Shown: positions 24,255-36,596 of the stretch, one piece after another | How the letters are laid out: each line of letters opens with the position of its first letter | How positions within the stretch are numbered: position 1 is the stretch's first letter | Assembly: GCF_006345805.1 (NCBI RefSeq) | Contig: NC_042998.1 | Location: 102,796,001 to 102,860,000 of the forward strand | From: Octopus sinensis | Taxonomy: Eukaryota | Reading direction: 5' to 3' | Length of the DNA: 64,000 nt | Made by a program: the position numbers and the translations under genes | The notes under the pieces: generated by a model | Databases searched by the model: none | Told to the model about the DNA's origin: nothing | What the model saw: the letters and a program-made list of their open reading frames with translations, nothing else

Positions 24255-24790
24255 CAGAAAAGCGAACATTAGGTTAGGTAAAATGTGTTCGTGGGATATT
24301 TAAATTTCTAAGGGTAAATTCCCCACAGTTACGATGGAGAAAAATTCAATCATTGCAAAATAAAGTAAAGACCACTATATCTTCTAAGTGTTGCCCTCTA
24401 ACAGATTTCCAGATGCAGTGCTTCTGACTCTATAGTTTTCCCCATTGGCAAATAGCGGAGAGCGGCAGATTTCAAGCCTTCGTTAGAATCTAAAGAGCAG
24501 TCAACAACATTCACTGAGTTGCATTATCGGACTGCCAATTCAGGATAAATTCAGCGGCTTTAGCGCTCCGCAGTGATTAGGCATTGGTAAACTTAAGGTT
24601 ATTTAAAATGTTTCCCTTTGGAGAAGAATCGCGTTGCCTGGGAATCCGATAGAGGGCAACACTGCGGAGATATGGCGCTTTTACATACTTTACCTTAAGA
24701 CAAAATGTTTTATCGACCGTAACGTCTGTGAATATGATTTTAGAAGCTGAAATAGGTCACAGACATATTTTACCTAACGTAACATTCCTC
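24255..24790. mobile_element. Degenerate palindromic MITE-like element (~170-bp imperfect arms)
   Basis: gttaggtaaaat / attttacctaac and agtgttgccctcta / tagagggcaacact are inverted. Confidence 0.6.
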
Positions 24791-24793
24791 GTT

Positions 24794-25130
24794 CTATAAA
24801 CAAATATGAACATTTCTTTTCGTAAATTCCCTGCCTATATCAGCTGAAAATATTGCTATTAATTCTAGTTGTTTTTTTTTTTTTTGCATTGTAACATAAA
24901 TCTTGATATCGTCTACAAAGAAAATATAAGTTACATTGATATTTCTAGCTGCTAAAGATACTAGCATGTACCCATTTGTTTTCTGTAATAGGAACGATAA
25001 TGGATTCAGTGTCAAAATAAATAGAAGTACAGAAAGACTATCTCCCAGGAATATTCCCTTTGAAATAGTTATAGTATCTGAAACAATTATTGTGTCTTGT
25101 TGTCCATGTCTTTGTGAGACTCTGCCTATA
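24794..25130 (-). mobile_element. R4/Dong-like RT fragment
   Basis: [24 protein letters not shown]...FVDDIKIY...FSADIG in ORF 24794-25177. Confidence 0.8.
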
Positions 25131-25195
25131 GCAGCAATTAAGGTGATATGTAAATATGTATGTATATATGTATGCATATATGTATATATATATAT

Positions 25196-25240
<45 letters not shown>

Positions 25241-25300
25241 CATATACACTTTTATATATATATATATATATAGCTGTGTATATATACATACATATATACT

Positions 25301-25332
<32 letters not shown>

Positions 25333-25342
25333 CATATATACT

Positions 25343-25376
<34 letters not shown>

Positions 25377-25413
25377 ATATTATATATATATATTATATAT
25401 ATATACATATATA

Positions 25414-25509
25414 CACAAATATAAGAGAGGGTCCACTATGTGGACGCTCTTGCGCTAAAAATAGATCCGCAATGGTCTCAACCACCAAGAATTGTTCCAG
25501 GGAGAATTA

Positions 25510-25556
<47 letters not shown>

Positions 25557-25562
25557 CATATA

Positions 25563-25625
<63 letters not shown>

Positions 25626-25751
25626 TATATATATATATATATACATATATACACAAATATAAGAGAGGGTCCACTATGTGGACGCTCTTGCGCTAAAAAT
25701 AGATCCGCAATGATCTCAACCACCAAGAATTGTTCCCAGGGAGAATTAGCA
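25414..25751 (+). repeat. Direct duplication of ~100 bp (25414-25512 / 25652-25751) separated by (TA)n
   Basis: Two differences between the units (g/a substitution, 1-nt indel). Confidence 0.9.
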
Positions 25752-26146
25752 CAACTATGAACGTAAACGAGCAGGACAAATGAAAAATAACAAAAATGTA
25801 GATTAATTCTAGACAATTGTTTCGCTGTTAATGGATTATGCAATGTTACTTACATAATAGATCTGCAGCTCCTCAGTAGAATTCGTCGTGAATATAATTT
25901 ACTGAACCGCACGCCAGATTTTAACATAAAGCCAAACACACGTGTGGTTCAGTATAATATATTCGCATTTATGATTCGAATTGTCCAGTTATAGCGCGCC
26001 AAAATTCTCGGAAACAAATACATCATACATAATTTACTGCAGTATAATTAAAATAAAAAATAAGGGTGAAAAATTGGATATTAATTTAGATATTAATTTA
26101 TTTTTGATTTTAATTATACTGCAGCATTTTTAATTGCTATCGACAG

Positions 26147-26382
26147 CTCTGAGGGAAAAATATGATTACTTTCGTAATGCAGTTAGAATATTAACAAGAC
26201 ATAGTGATTCTATTATATACATATGGACGAATGAACAGATTCACAATCTCCTTCGGTTTAGCTACCCGGCCAAAACATGGACTCAGTTCCTACTGACTGC
26301 TCATAAGACAGCACATTGTGTTATACAATATTCCAGGAGAAATGCATTTATTCAACAGGCGTGTAACTTATATCACATTCAG
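26147..26382 (+). CDS. Candidate 236-nt host exon (LREKYDYFRNAVRILTRHSDSIIYIW...RRNAFIQQACNLYHIQ); alternative acceptor at 26337
   Basis: gacag acceptor and CAG|gtacgt donor bracket a stop-free frame (part of ORF 26134-26514). Protein not recognised. Confidence 0.35.
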
Positions 26383-27660
26383 GTACGTTATTGGTCATAT
26401 TCATCTTCTGATTTTTTAGCTAATGGTGATGTTCGGGAAAATGTCAGAAAGTGCAGCATATCTATCTCAGCATCCGTTGTTCTTTTGAACGTGTTTATGA
26501 CTGTTGTCCTCTAAAACGTCAGATACCTATACCGATGACTGATTATTACCTCTGTTCCAGTTTATTTTCCGTTCGATAATCTGCAATATACGTTATGAAA
26601 ATTTCGCTGTGGATATTTTAATTTTCGGAACAGATATTTGCATAGTATTCGTTGCGTAACACATTTAAACACATTCTTGCTGTGTTGTTAGTTTGCATTC
26701 CAGAACCCTGCTAAGAAAACTTTGTATAATTCTGTAAAGGAGCTTTCACTAATCTGATTGTATGACCTTTCATACTGAGATATATCACTGGTGAGCTTAG
26801 TGCCACCTTGCCTCTAACTGCCATAAGTTTTCATAGGGATTTTACGGTAACGATAATTTTCACTTACCGTTTGCAATTCTCTAGTGATTTGAGGCCTATG
26901 ATTCATTAGGCCTTCGTTAATACATCATCAAGTCAATATTGTGGATCACTGAATTTATTATTTACTATGCACTTGATTATTAAGTCTAATTGTTCATATA
27001 TCTTTTTCTGGAGATAGCCATCTATTTTGGTGGTTTTCTTCTCATTGCAGCTGTTTCTCAATACTACCATCTGTTAATGTACAGTAAACATAATGCAATA
27101 CAGTAGCGCATTCAATGTTTAAAATTGCAATACTCGATATAGGCAAGTTGTACTCAGCTACCGTTTTCATCGCAGATAACATAAGATCAGCTGATTTTCT
27201 ATCGATTCGTGAGGAAATTGCTCACTCGTGTAGTTGCTTATTAATGTAGATAGTGAATATTTGTTTGAATGTTGCTGTTAGCCTCATAACTTAGAGTTAT
27301 CTATATTCTTCATTCATTACTGTTGTTTGTTCATAATCACTTAGCGCTCGCCCATATAATGGCGACTTGTTATTACCGTCACGGTCACAGTTCATTTTGC
27401 CTACAGTCTCCTCAGAATAAAAATACGTTCTTATGTTCTGACATTGTTTTAAAGTGCTTTTTTGATGGTTAGCAAATATAACAGCAACTATTTTCTCGAA
27501 GACGACTGCTTGTTGTCGTAAATCTTTGAATGTGAAGGTCAAACAGCTAATGCATTTTTGATCCCAATAACATTTATTTTTCATGCAGCCAGTCGAGGAA
27601 TATACCTTGTCCATTTTAAAAGACTTATTTGAGAGCTTTAGCTGAATTGAAATGTGCAGT

Positions 27661-27958
27661 GAATATTTCTATAGTAGTGTTCAATTTAAGTGGCATTCTG
27701 CCTTTCTCTGACTCCCTTTTTTGCACTTGTGTGTTGGAGGTCGACCAACACACAAGTGCAAACAAGGGAGTCAGAGAAAGGCAGAATGCCACTTAATCTG
27801 AACACTACTATAGAATATTCTTTTAAAAAAACTTTTCTTCTAATTTTCTAAATTTAATTATTTAATCGTTACAGTTGAAAAGGTTTCAAAATGACCGAAA
27901 CCGGTACTGAAATGTTCACTATAAAATTATTTTAGCATTTTCTATTTTTGACTTGTTT

Positions 27959-27962
<4 letters not shown>
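27661..27962 (+). mobile_element. Mini Penelope-like pLTR element: foldback (27661-27820) + variant hammerhead, ending in (TA)n
   Basis: 77/76-bp inverted arms around a 7-nt loop; right arm and downstream sequence are homologous to 19535-19750. Confidence 0.6.
27869..27913 (+). ncRNA. Predicted minimal type I hammerhead with U3-A8 core variant (UUGAAAA)
   Basis: ttacag-TTGAAAA-ggtt-tcaaaat-gacc-GAAAC-cg-GTA-ctgaaat; palindromic helix III ACCGGU. Confidence 0.6.
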
Positions 27963-27990
<28 letters not shown>

Positions 27991-27995
<5 letters not shown>

Positions 27996-28858
27996 CTGAT
28001 CAATAATAATCCAGACTGCTGCTATCAACACAAAACTACAACACAGACCAATTTGGCATTTAATCTCCTTCAAAGTAGTTCCCTTCGGAGGCCACACACT
28101 TAACCCAGCCCTGTTTCCATTGATGGAAGCATTCCTGGAACTCGTTTTCTGTGATAATCATCAGCTGCCTCGTCGCGTTCGCTTTGATTTCCTCGACGTC
28201 CTGTAATCTCCCTTTAAAGAGGGATTTGATTTTTGTAAAGAAATAGAAATCGCAAGAGGCGAGATCTGGGGAATACTGTGGATGTCGAACCTAGGAAATG
28301 TTGTGCCTAGCAAAAAATGGCGGTACAAGCTGCGCTGAATGGCAGTTGTGTTGTGAACTGAAAGCAGTTTTTGGCACAAACGTGGCAGAACACATCTCAT
28401 ATCCAAAACTTCAGTGATAATGAACTGAACTGTACCGTAACTAATCAATGCATCTTCTGATAACACACGAGGATTCCCCTCACAACTGCACGCGTATCTG
28501 CGATGTTTTTTTTTTCAGTTGTATTGGTTGCCGGTCCCCTGGAACGTTCTTTACTATTGACATTCTTTCGGCTTATACACTCCTCTTCATACACTTTCTG
28601 CAACTTTGCGTAGGCCTCTGAGCGGGTATCGCCAAGCTTTTGGCAACATTTGACGCAGATTCATGGTCAATGCGACGATCACACACTATACACGTTCCTT
28701 CCAAGCACAGCTGTAAACAGCGGAAGGGAGCTGGAATGTTAAAACTTAATGCGCATGCACAGCAAAATTTAACATCAATCTGTGCAAATCAGCATCACTC
28801 TGCATACGTTAGCTTCGTTACTAAGGCAATAGTCCAGATACTTTTTGATCAAACCACG
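27991..28858 (-). mobile_element. Internally deleted mariner element with ~28-bp TIRs in TA context
   Basis: TIRs aaggtctgatcaataataatccagact / agtccagatactttttgatcaaaccacg; ISYGTVQFIITEVLDMRCV..QKLL fused to a PQISPLAIS (YSPDLAP-like, frameshifted) region. Confidence 0.85.
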
Positions 28859-29047
28859 TATATATAGTTCATAGATGACAATCAGACATCCTCCGTTTCA
28901 ATACGGAGAATGTCTAGTCGTGCTCAAGCGATTTCAACTTGAGTTAAAGTAAATGTACAGATAAGCAAATTAGACAGAACAATGTATACAGTGTATTAAA
29001 TACATGAAAGACCAAAATGTTATATATATATTATATATATATTATAT

Positions 29048-29081
<34 letters not shown>

Positions 29082-29169
29082 CATATACATACATATATGT
29101 ATATGCGTATATATATATATATATGCATATGTATATGTATATATATATATAGAGAGAGAGAGAGATAGA

Positions 29170-29550
29170 CACTTTTTGGTTAGACGTTTGTTCCTACCAC
29201 ATAGTTGGGGGTTCAGTCCCACTCTGCAGCACCTTTTACTATAGCATCAACCCAACCAAAGCATATGTATATTTATGTATGCATTTATGTATGTATGTAT
29301 ATATGTATGGATGGATGGATGGATGGATAGATGGATAGATGGATGGATGAATGTACCTGTGTTTGTCCCTCCACCATCGCTTGGTAACCGTTGTTGGTAT
29401 ATTTACGTCCCTGTAACTTAGCGGTTCGGCAAAAGAGACCGATAGAATAATTACTAGGCTTGCGAAGAGTAAGTCCTGTGTTCGATTTGTTCGACTAAAG
29501 GCAGTGCTCATTATGGCCGCAGCCAATGACTGAAATAATGAAAGGAATAA
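29170..29550 (+). mobile_element. SINE with degenerate tRNA-like head, internal (GGAT)n and conserved 3' body
   Basis: ggttcagtcccact head; body gtccctgtaacttagcggttcggcaaaagagaccgatagaata matches 46720-46790. Confidence 0.8.
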
Positions 29551-29555
29551 AAAAA

Positions 29556-29615
<60 letters not shown>

Positions 29616-31679
29616 ATATGTTCACACACACATATCTATAAGAGAGTAAGAGAGAAAGAATGATAGAGAGATAGGAGAGGAAAAGAAAAGAAGAGAGAGG
29701 AAGATTTGTATGCATATTTAAAATTGTGAAGTATATCCACACTCGCATTGATATAAGCGTATACTCACAGACGCACGCACACAACACACACACACACACA
29801 CTCACACATGCAGGTGTGTTTATATATGTGCATGTATATGTATGCTTGTGTACGTATGCATATGAATATTTCCACCCTCTGCATTTTAAATATGTGTACA
29901 TTCAAATTTAGGCATAAAGACATATATAGGTGTTAAATATTAAACACATTTCTTCATAAAATATAATTTTGACCTTGTGCGTAAATAATTAATCGATATT
30001 CTGTGAAGCTGATATACGAAAACTTGTTGGCTTAATTTGTTAATCTGCATTTCATTTAATATTGCTTATGCTTAATTTGATGAAACACGACACGTATCCA
30101 TGAAATGTTATTTTCTTGACTGAAAATAATTACCTCAGCGCTCCGTACCTGCAATGTCGAGGTGAGAAGTATATGGCATAATTTGTTTGAATTGTTACAA
30201 ATTTCACATGATGCATTTATTCCAATAACTACTGTAGTCAATAGATGCTGGTTAAGTCGATTCAATGTTAGAGTGGCTGTCACTTGTCACAAGTTTTAAT
30301 TGCCTTTCTGGTTTCAGTGTTCAAGTGTCTATATATTTCAACTCTAGTATTCGTGGCTCAGAATGAATCCATCTAAGAAAAAAAAAGTCGATGAAAATTG
30401 GTTTGATAGGTATTTAAAAAATTTGTTATGATAATCAGTCGAGTGGATCGATAGAAGAATATGTTCCAACATCGATACTGTATTTCGAATGTGAACATTA
30501 AAATCCAATGAAGTTAAGTGTTTTTAGTAAAATGTACATTAATCAAATCACAAATTATGCAGTGTTTGAAGAACAAGAATTGAACTGTAGGAAGTTTGGG
30601 TTCATTTCTCAGGAACGCTACCAACACATTTGGACATGGTATATATACACGCAATCCCATTTCATGCGAAATATTGAATGTGAAGGAACGCTAACGTAAT
30701 TTCAAAATATTTTCTTTCAAGAAGCAAGTTAAATAGTTTTTTTATTTTAAATTTCATTTATGTAATGCCTTATATAAATGCTGTATTATATTGTTAAATA
30801 ATTTAAACCAGTATAAACAAGTACTTACATTCAGGTAGGCTAGCCGAGTGTTTTAACACGCGAAAGTATTTCGTGTTTGTGAATTATTGTCAATACAAAA
30901 CATAATGAGAGTATCTCCGATTAAAACATAAAGTTTTATACTTACACAATATATCAGTGGGATGGCATCTTACGGAACATAAAATTGTCATTACTATAGT
31001 CAAGTTTTAGTTATTGTTCAACCTTTACAAACTAATTCTAAATGATTTAATTAACCTAAGCATCACCCATGAAAATGAAACCCATTATTTTTATTACAAA
31101 TCTATCCTTGCCGTATAATGCAATAATATAATCATTTTCATTACTTTAAAGTTGACAGTAACTTGTTTTATAAACATTATAGCGTGAAGAATAGATTTTG
31201 ATTTATGGGTATTCCTTTCTCTAACATTTGCCAAATTGGTAATGTTTGATAAATTATTAAGATATAAATATTTCCAGCCATCTATACTGAAATACACATC
31301 GATAATTTTTTAATGCATTTAGCGTTGATATTAACCAGAGTTCGCGTTCTTCGCACACTTTACGAAACTCAATGTCTTGAAGTACAGTTTAAAAATATTA
31401 TTCTGTCGACATTGAAATAATTGTATATTTTACATGCTAAAAAGGATAACTTTAAAAGTTACATGTTACTTTGATCTATACCTACAAGTGTCTCTACTTG
31501 TCTGTCTGAAAGAACAACGACACTTTCAAAGAATTTCACTTGAATAATAAATGAATTGTAAAGTGCCGAGTCCAAAATATTTTAAGCAAAATCAAAGTTG
31601 AATCAAGAAACGTCGTATAGAGAGACGAAAAGTTCTATCGAAGTGGTAGTAAGCAGAGGCATTATTCTGTGTTATAGAA

Positions 31680-33198
31680 ATTTTGTTAGCTTTTCACTCG
31701 AGACTGGTTTCTTGTCTGCATGAAATAACAAAAGAAATACATCTTTATATAAATAGAATAGTAAACAAAGAAAATAAAAGGGAAAAAGGGAAAGAAAATT
31801 CACAGCGACAGTGCTCTTCTCAATACGTATGACGTACCAGTTAAGACAATATTTTGCACTCTTGCATGGATGGTAAGCCAAGGATCATTCTTAGATAATT
31901 TTCAGTTCCTTCGCCATCATTCCAAGGGCTCTTACAATCACTGGTATTTTAACCGTCTTAAGGTGCGACATCTTTTCGATTTCGATGTGCAAATCTTTAT
32001 ATTTTCTAAGAAAATCAAATTCTTTTGCCGAGATATTATCGTCACAGCATATGTTCATGTCAATCAATAAACATACTTTACTGTTTTGGTCTTAACAACA
32101 ATGTCTGGTTTATTAGTTTTGATGGTCCGGTCTGTACATACTAAGAAGTCCAAAAGAATAGTTACATTTTCTCCACAGAGGAGAGCTTGTACCATTTGTC
32201 AGCGGTTTTGAATTTATAATGCCGACATATCATCCTGTGTAGATATTGGCAAACTCTGTCGTGTCTTGATTTGAACTCTACAGGTGCTAAAACATTACAG
32301 CTAGGGATTAAGTGGACCACTGTTTTTATCCCATCGTTGCCGTATCGGCACTTTGGGTCTACACTATTTTTCATCACATTGACTTGATAGTTCCGGGTGA
32401 ATAAGCTCTAATCTTGGGCAGCCAAGATAAAACCTTCACTCTTTGCTTTTAACCCTGAGTTCCGTAGTCACTGATGGGTGTGCTTGCTCTACATCAGCTT
32501 CTTTGCTACGGGCCACATAATTACCATGCAAAAATATTTGTTCCCACCTATCAGCCAATTGTTCAAACGCATTTTACTTTGCTATTGGTTTAACCTTTGC
32601 AACTACAGTAGCTGCACTCCCATCATTCTGTTCAAACTGGGTATAAGCTCACTTCAAAATATTTTGTACTCTTTCATAACAGAATGCAGCTTCTTACGCC
32701 TTTCTTAGCATCCAGTCGTTAGAAGTTTCAAGACATTTTCCCAGTTCAACTGTGGTGGGTTTGTAAGAGATTTCAAACTGGATCAAGCCTGAGTCTACTT
32801 ATCTCTGAGTAGGTAAAGATGATCTGCTACTGCCTTTGGATGTAGCTTACGGATTTTCCGGTCAATCTTCCTTATTTCAATTATATTCCAGTTCAGCAGA
32901 TTTAAATTATAAGTAACAACTGGAACTGGTAAGGAATTTATAGATAAAATCTTGTTACGCGCATATTACTCGGATTTTAGGGCTGCTCGAACTCTCCCAT
33001 GACACCCCTTCCCGATCTTTTCTTTCATACTGGCATGCTGAATGCAACAACTCTGATTTATTCCGAGGTATTTCTAGGTTAATTCCTGCTCGAGTTCTTT
33101 TATGACGACAACATTCAACTCCACTTCAGTTTCCCTTTCTGGAAAGTGGCCTTGGCACATTTATCAACACCAAATTCCATCCCAATGACATCACTGAA

Positions 33199-33200
<2 letters not shown>
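31680..33200 (-). mobile_element. Degenerate, 5'-truncated R4/Dong-like element (related to copy 2), with (TAA)n-like tract at the 5' junction (33205-33295)
   Basis: FSDVIGMEFGVDKCAKATFQKGK; DPKCRY..TVVHLIPSC..RHDRVCQYLH; stops and shifts throughout. Confidence 0.85.
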
Positions 33201-33261
<61 letters not shown>

Positions 33262-33409
33262 GTTGTTGTTGTTATTGTTATTGTTATTGTTATTAGTATT
33301 TAAAATAGTTTGATTCGGCTTCATACTGCGTAAATTTTGTAGTTGTCTTACAGAAATCTAGCTCGATCAGAAACATGAAGCTGGACAGGGTTGGTGTTGT
33401 ATCTTTTGT

Positions 33410-33640
33410 CTCGTTAGTTGTTTCAGTCGCCAGACTGAAACCAAGCTGGGGTACTGCGTTGAAGTATTTTAGTGTAACGAATCGCGCCCGTTGCGTACCA
33501 TATTTTTCTTATACCTGGAGCTTATTCTATCAATCACTGTTGCCAAAGCCAAGGTTGAAATGAAGTGAGCCCAACACTGATTGGCAAACGATGATGGGGT
33601 CACAGAGACACAAACCTGCACACACACATATACATACATA
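33410..33640 (-). mobile_element. Degenerate SINE body (29170/46407 family)
   Basis: Reverse-complement similarity: gatagaataag, cagtaccccagcttgg..cagtc..gactgaaac. Confidence 0.55.
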
Positions 33641-34204
33641 CAGACAAACAGATAAATAGACACACACACACACACACTCATTTATATATATATATATATA
33701 AAATTTAGTGGACTGACCACTAAACGTGGACAGCCTATATGCTAAACATAGACGTCAAATCGCCATTACCACGAAGAATGTGTTATCAAGAAGAGATCTC
33801 AGCGAAAAACCAAAATGTAAAAATAAGCAAGACAAATGAAAATACACGAAATAAAAAACGATTACCTACGTACCATTGGTTTCACTTGTTAATATTTACG
33901 TATATGGACACGCAAACATCTGCAAGATCATCAGCATAGTGTGTCGTTTACAAAACGACGAAGACACATCTGATGAGCTTATGCTCAACATTCAGGTAAA
34001 AAAATAAAGATATTCAACAAGGGAAAAATTTCTCTCAATGGGGAAACCGTCGACAAATCTGCCAAAAGGCAGTAAAATAGAGTGTTTCGAAACAAACACA
34101 ATAAAAGTTCAGGAAAACGGTAACACTACCAACAATAATTTCAACAAAAATCACAATAATTACCAAAAAGACATCCAAGTCAACCGATCAATTGCAGATG
34201 ATTG

Positions 34205-35530
34205 TAACATATTTCATTTTATTGGCCAATATGGCCCTACACAGAAGGGAAGAATAAGGACAGACAAGACAGCACAATTGGGGACAAGTAACAAACGGAT
34301 GAATGAAATGAATCTATATAAAAATGAAGATGTTATGGCTACTCGACCGCACATCCGTGTGATACCATTTTAACTACATTTTCCACTGTTTCTAAATCCT
34401 ACGTTTATCTAAATAATTATCTTAGTAAATAAAATGTGGCTTCAAATGTTCAAATTCCACCACATGTGACAAATGGTCATACCAAATGGGCTGTCTGCGA
34501 TATTCTTGTGTGTTTGTTGTAATGTGGAATGCCGTGTAGATATTTGAGTGTCAATTCTTTCTTTTTCTTTTCTTTTTTTGAGCTCTTTGGGTGTGGGGAG
34601 TTTTGATGTCTTTTATCTTCCTGTTCTGTATTTCTTGGACTTCATCTCTGCTCTTCGCATCTACATCCTCCATAGCTTGCTTCAGGTTCTCTGCCCTGCT
34701 ACTTTCATCTTATATCACCTCCGTGAATGTTTTGTTGTTTAGAAGGGAGCAATTTGCCTTAGTATGACCCTTGTCTCTGCAGTGGTAACATGTGAGAGGT
34801 CTTCCCTCTACTACCACACGCAACCTCACATCCTATTGCAACTCTATTTCTTCCGTTATCTCTTGTAGGTCTAGTGTGGTGTCCTGGGTTATGGCTTCTT
34901 GGCCATATCCCCACCAATTCATTTGTTTAGTATGGCTTACCTTTAGTACTTGAGGGTCATCGTTTGTGTTTATAAAGATATCTGCTAGCAGCCACATTCC
35001 GTTGATCTCTGGGGGAACCCTACCAACCCTCACTCTCGCTACTCATTTCCCGAGATAAGTTAGCAGTAGTGCCCGTTTTTCCGCTTTCAAGGTTACAGTG
35101 GAGTGCTTTGCTGCCTACTTCACAGTCGGGAAGCGTACCTCCACTGTACCAAACTTCTTTCCTCTACAGTATAATTCGATGTTACTTAACTTCAAGCATT
35201 CTTCCAAATCTTCCTCCTCTTTCGCCATTTCTGTTTTCTTACTTGTCAGTTAGATGGTTATGTAGACCACTGTTCTTTTCATTCTTCTTTCTTGTTATCT
35301 CTTCCAGTGGCGTCAATTTCAATCTTGACCCTTCTCGTTGTATCAATTTTTTTACTGTTCTTCACTATCTCGAAGTCGACTGGCATCTTCCTGACTTCCA
35401 GCTGTCTCACATTTTTTCTTGTTTCTCGGATATTATATTACATATCGATTTTCAAGCTATATATTGAAAGATTGGTTTTTCATCTATTGTATTTGAATAC
35501 GCGACCAAACTTTTTGAAGGTGATGCTTTA
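34205..35530 (-). mobile_element. L1/Tx1-like ORF1 (gag-like, CCHC knuckle) relic with a 3'-UTR-like tail and no detectable ORF2
   Basis: Minus translation: YCRGRKFGTVEVRF; RVRVGRVPPEI; RVVVEGRPLTCYHCRDKGHTKANC (C-X2-C-X4-H-X4-C); AATAAA near 34220. Confidence 0.65.
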
Positions 35531-36546
35531 AAAATATAAAATTCTATAAGCCTATTAGAATTTTTAACCGATCCTGTTTAATATTAATCCTCTAAACTCA
35601 CTTCATCATCAGAAAATTATTGCTTGGTATATGCATGCAATATATCGGAAAATTTATCACAGAGGAACACTGAGTAAACAGACAACACTTCGGATTAAGC
35701 TGCAATCACATATTTTCCATTGAAGATGCAATGTTGTATCCTTTTGGGATAAGCACCAAAACACTATGACTGATTCTATATCGTCTAAAGCAGAGTGATG
35801 AAAGCAATCTACACTTTGAGTTTTCCTACCATCTGTTTCTATATGTCCAATATCTCTGCTGGTCATGTATTATAACAGATACCGACATACTGACATTAGT
35901 TTGAAGTTGTTTCCAGCAATACATTCTTATAATGTGAGAATATGTACTGATGTACAGTTTTCAAATAATTTTCTAAATATTTCATAGTACCGTTTTCTAC
36001 CATTTGAATTATCAAGTGCTAGATACATTGACATAACTTTACTATTCACTCCCATCATTAACACAAACACATCAGAGTGAGAAAAATACCAACGAGAATA
36101 ATCTAAGTAGAACAACATCAGTTATAAGACAAAACTTTAAAAAATTATACATATGATCTCTGCAGTTAAGTTACTCTACAACAATCATAGGAGCCGTCAT
36201 GTATTAGATAAGCCAGAGAGAAAATGCAGCAAATCCTTTTTTCAAAACATCAACAACAATACTGAGAAAGTGGAAAGACATGTTAAATATTATTGCTGTA
36301 AATGCTTTTAAGAAATCAAGAGAGTCATGGTTTGAGTAACAAGTATCCTTGCACTTACGTTTTCTCGACCACACCATTTTCGTTGTAAATACTAACTAGT
36401 GAATAGTACACACATGCTATATGTTTTGCTTTAATCTAGCATAGTGGAAGTGGTTTTATCGCGTTCGTCTATAATATTACATTATGCCATTAGTATCATC
36501 ATGGTGATAATGATAAATTCCAGCTGCGTTAGCATAAGGAACTTAC

Positions 36547-36596
36547 AGATGAAGGAGTCGCTGGGAGATCAGTTTTAACAATAATGATGTTCTGTG
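36547..36596 (-). CDS. Candidate 50-nt host exon (QNIIIVKTDLPATPSS)
   Basis: cattttattag acceptor, gtaagt donor, open frame. Confidence 0.25.

Noticed and set aside
25038-25843. Numerous YI/IY/CV/HT-rich ORFs in the track (also ~19.3, 21.6, 29, 37.5, 38.6, 42.5-43.3, 44.2, 45, 54.4 and 58.7 kb)
   Set aside because: These are translations of (TA)n, (CA)n, (TACA)n and trinucleotide microsatellites, not genes.
26868-26950. Minus-strand 81-nt segment between ttcag and gtaagt
   Set aside because: Stops in all three frames; could only be UTR or a smaller exon.
26100-27650. Possible minus-strand hAT transposase relic (RWLS, CDRDG-like words)
   Set aside because: Matches are isolated short words without convincing order or spacing; a plus-strand exon explains part of the region better.
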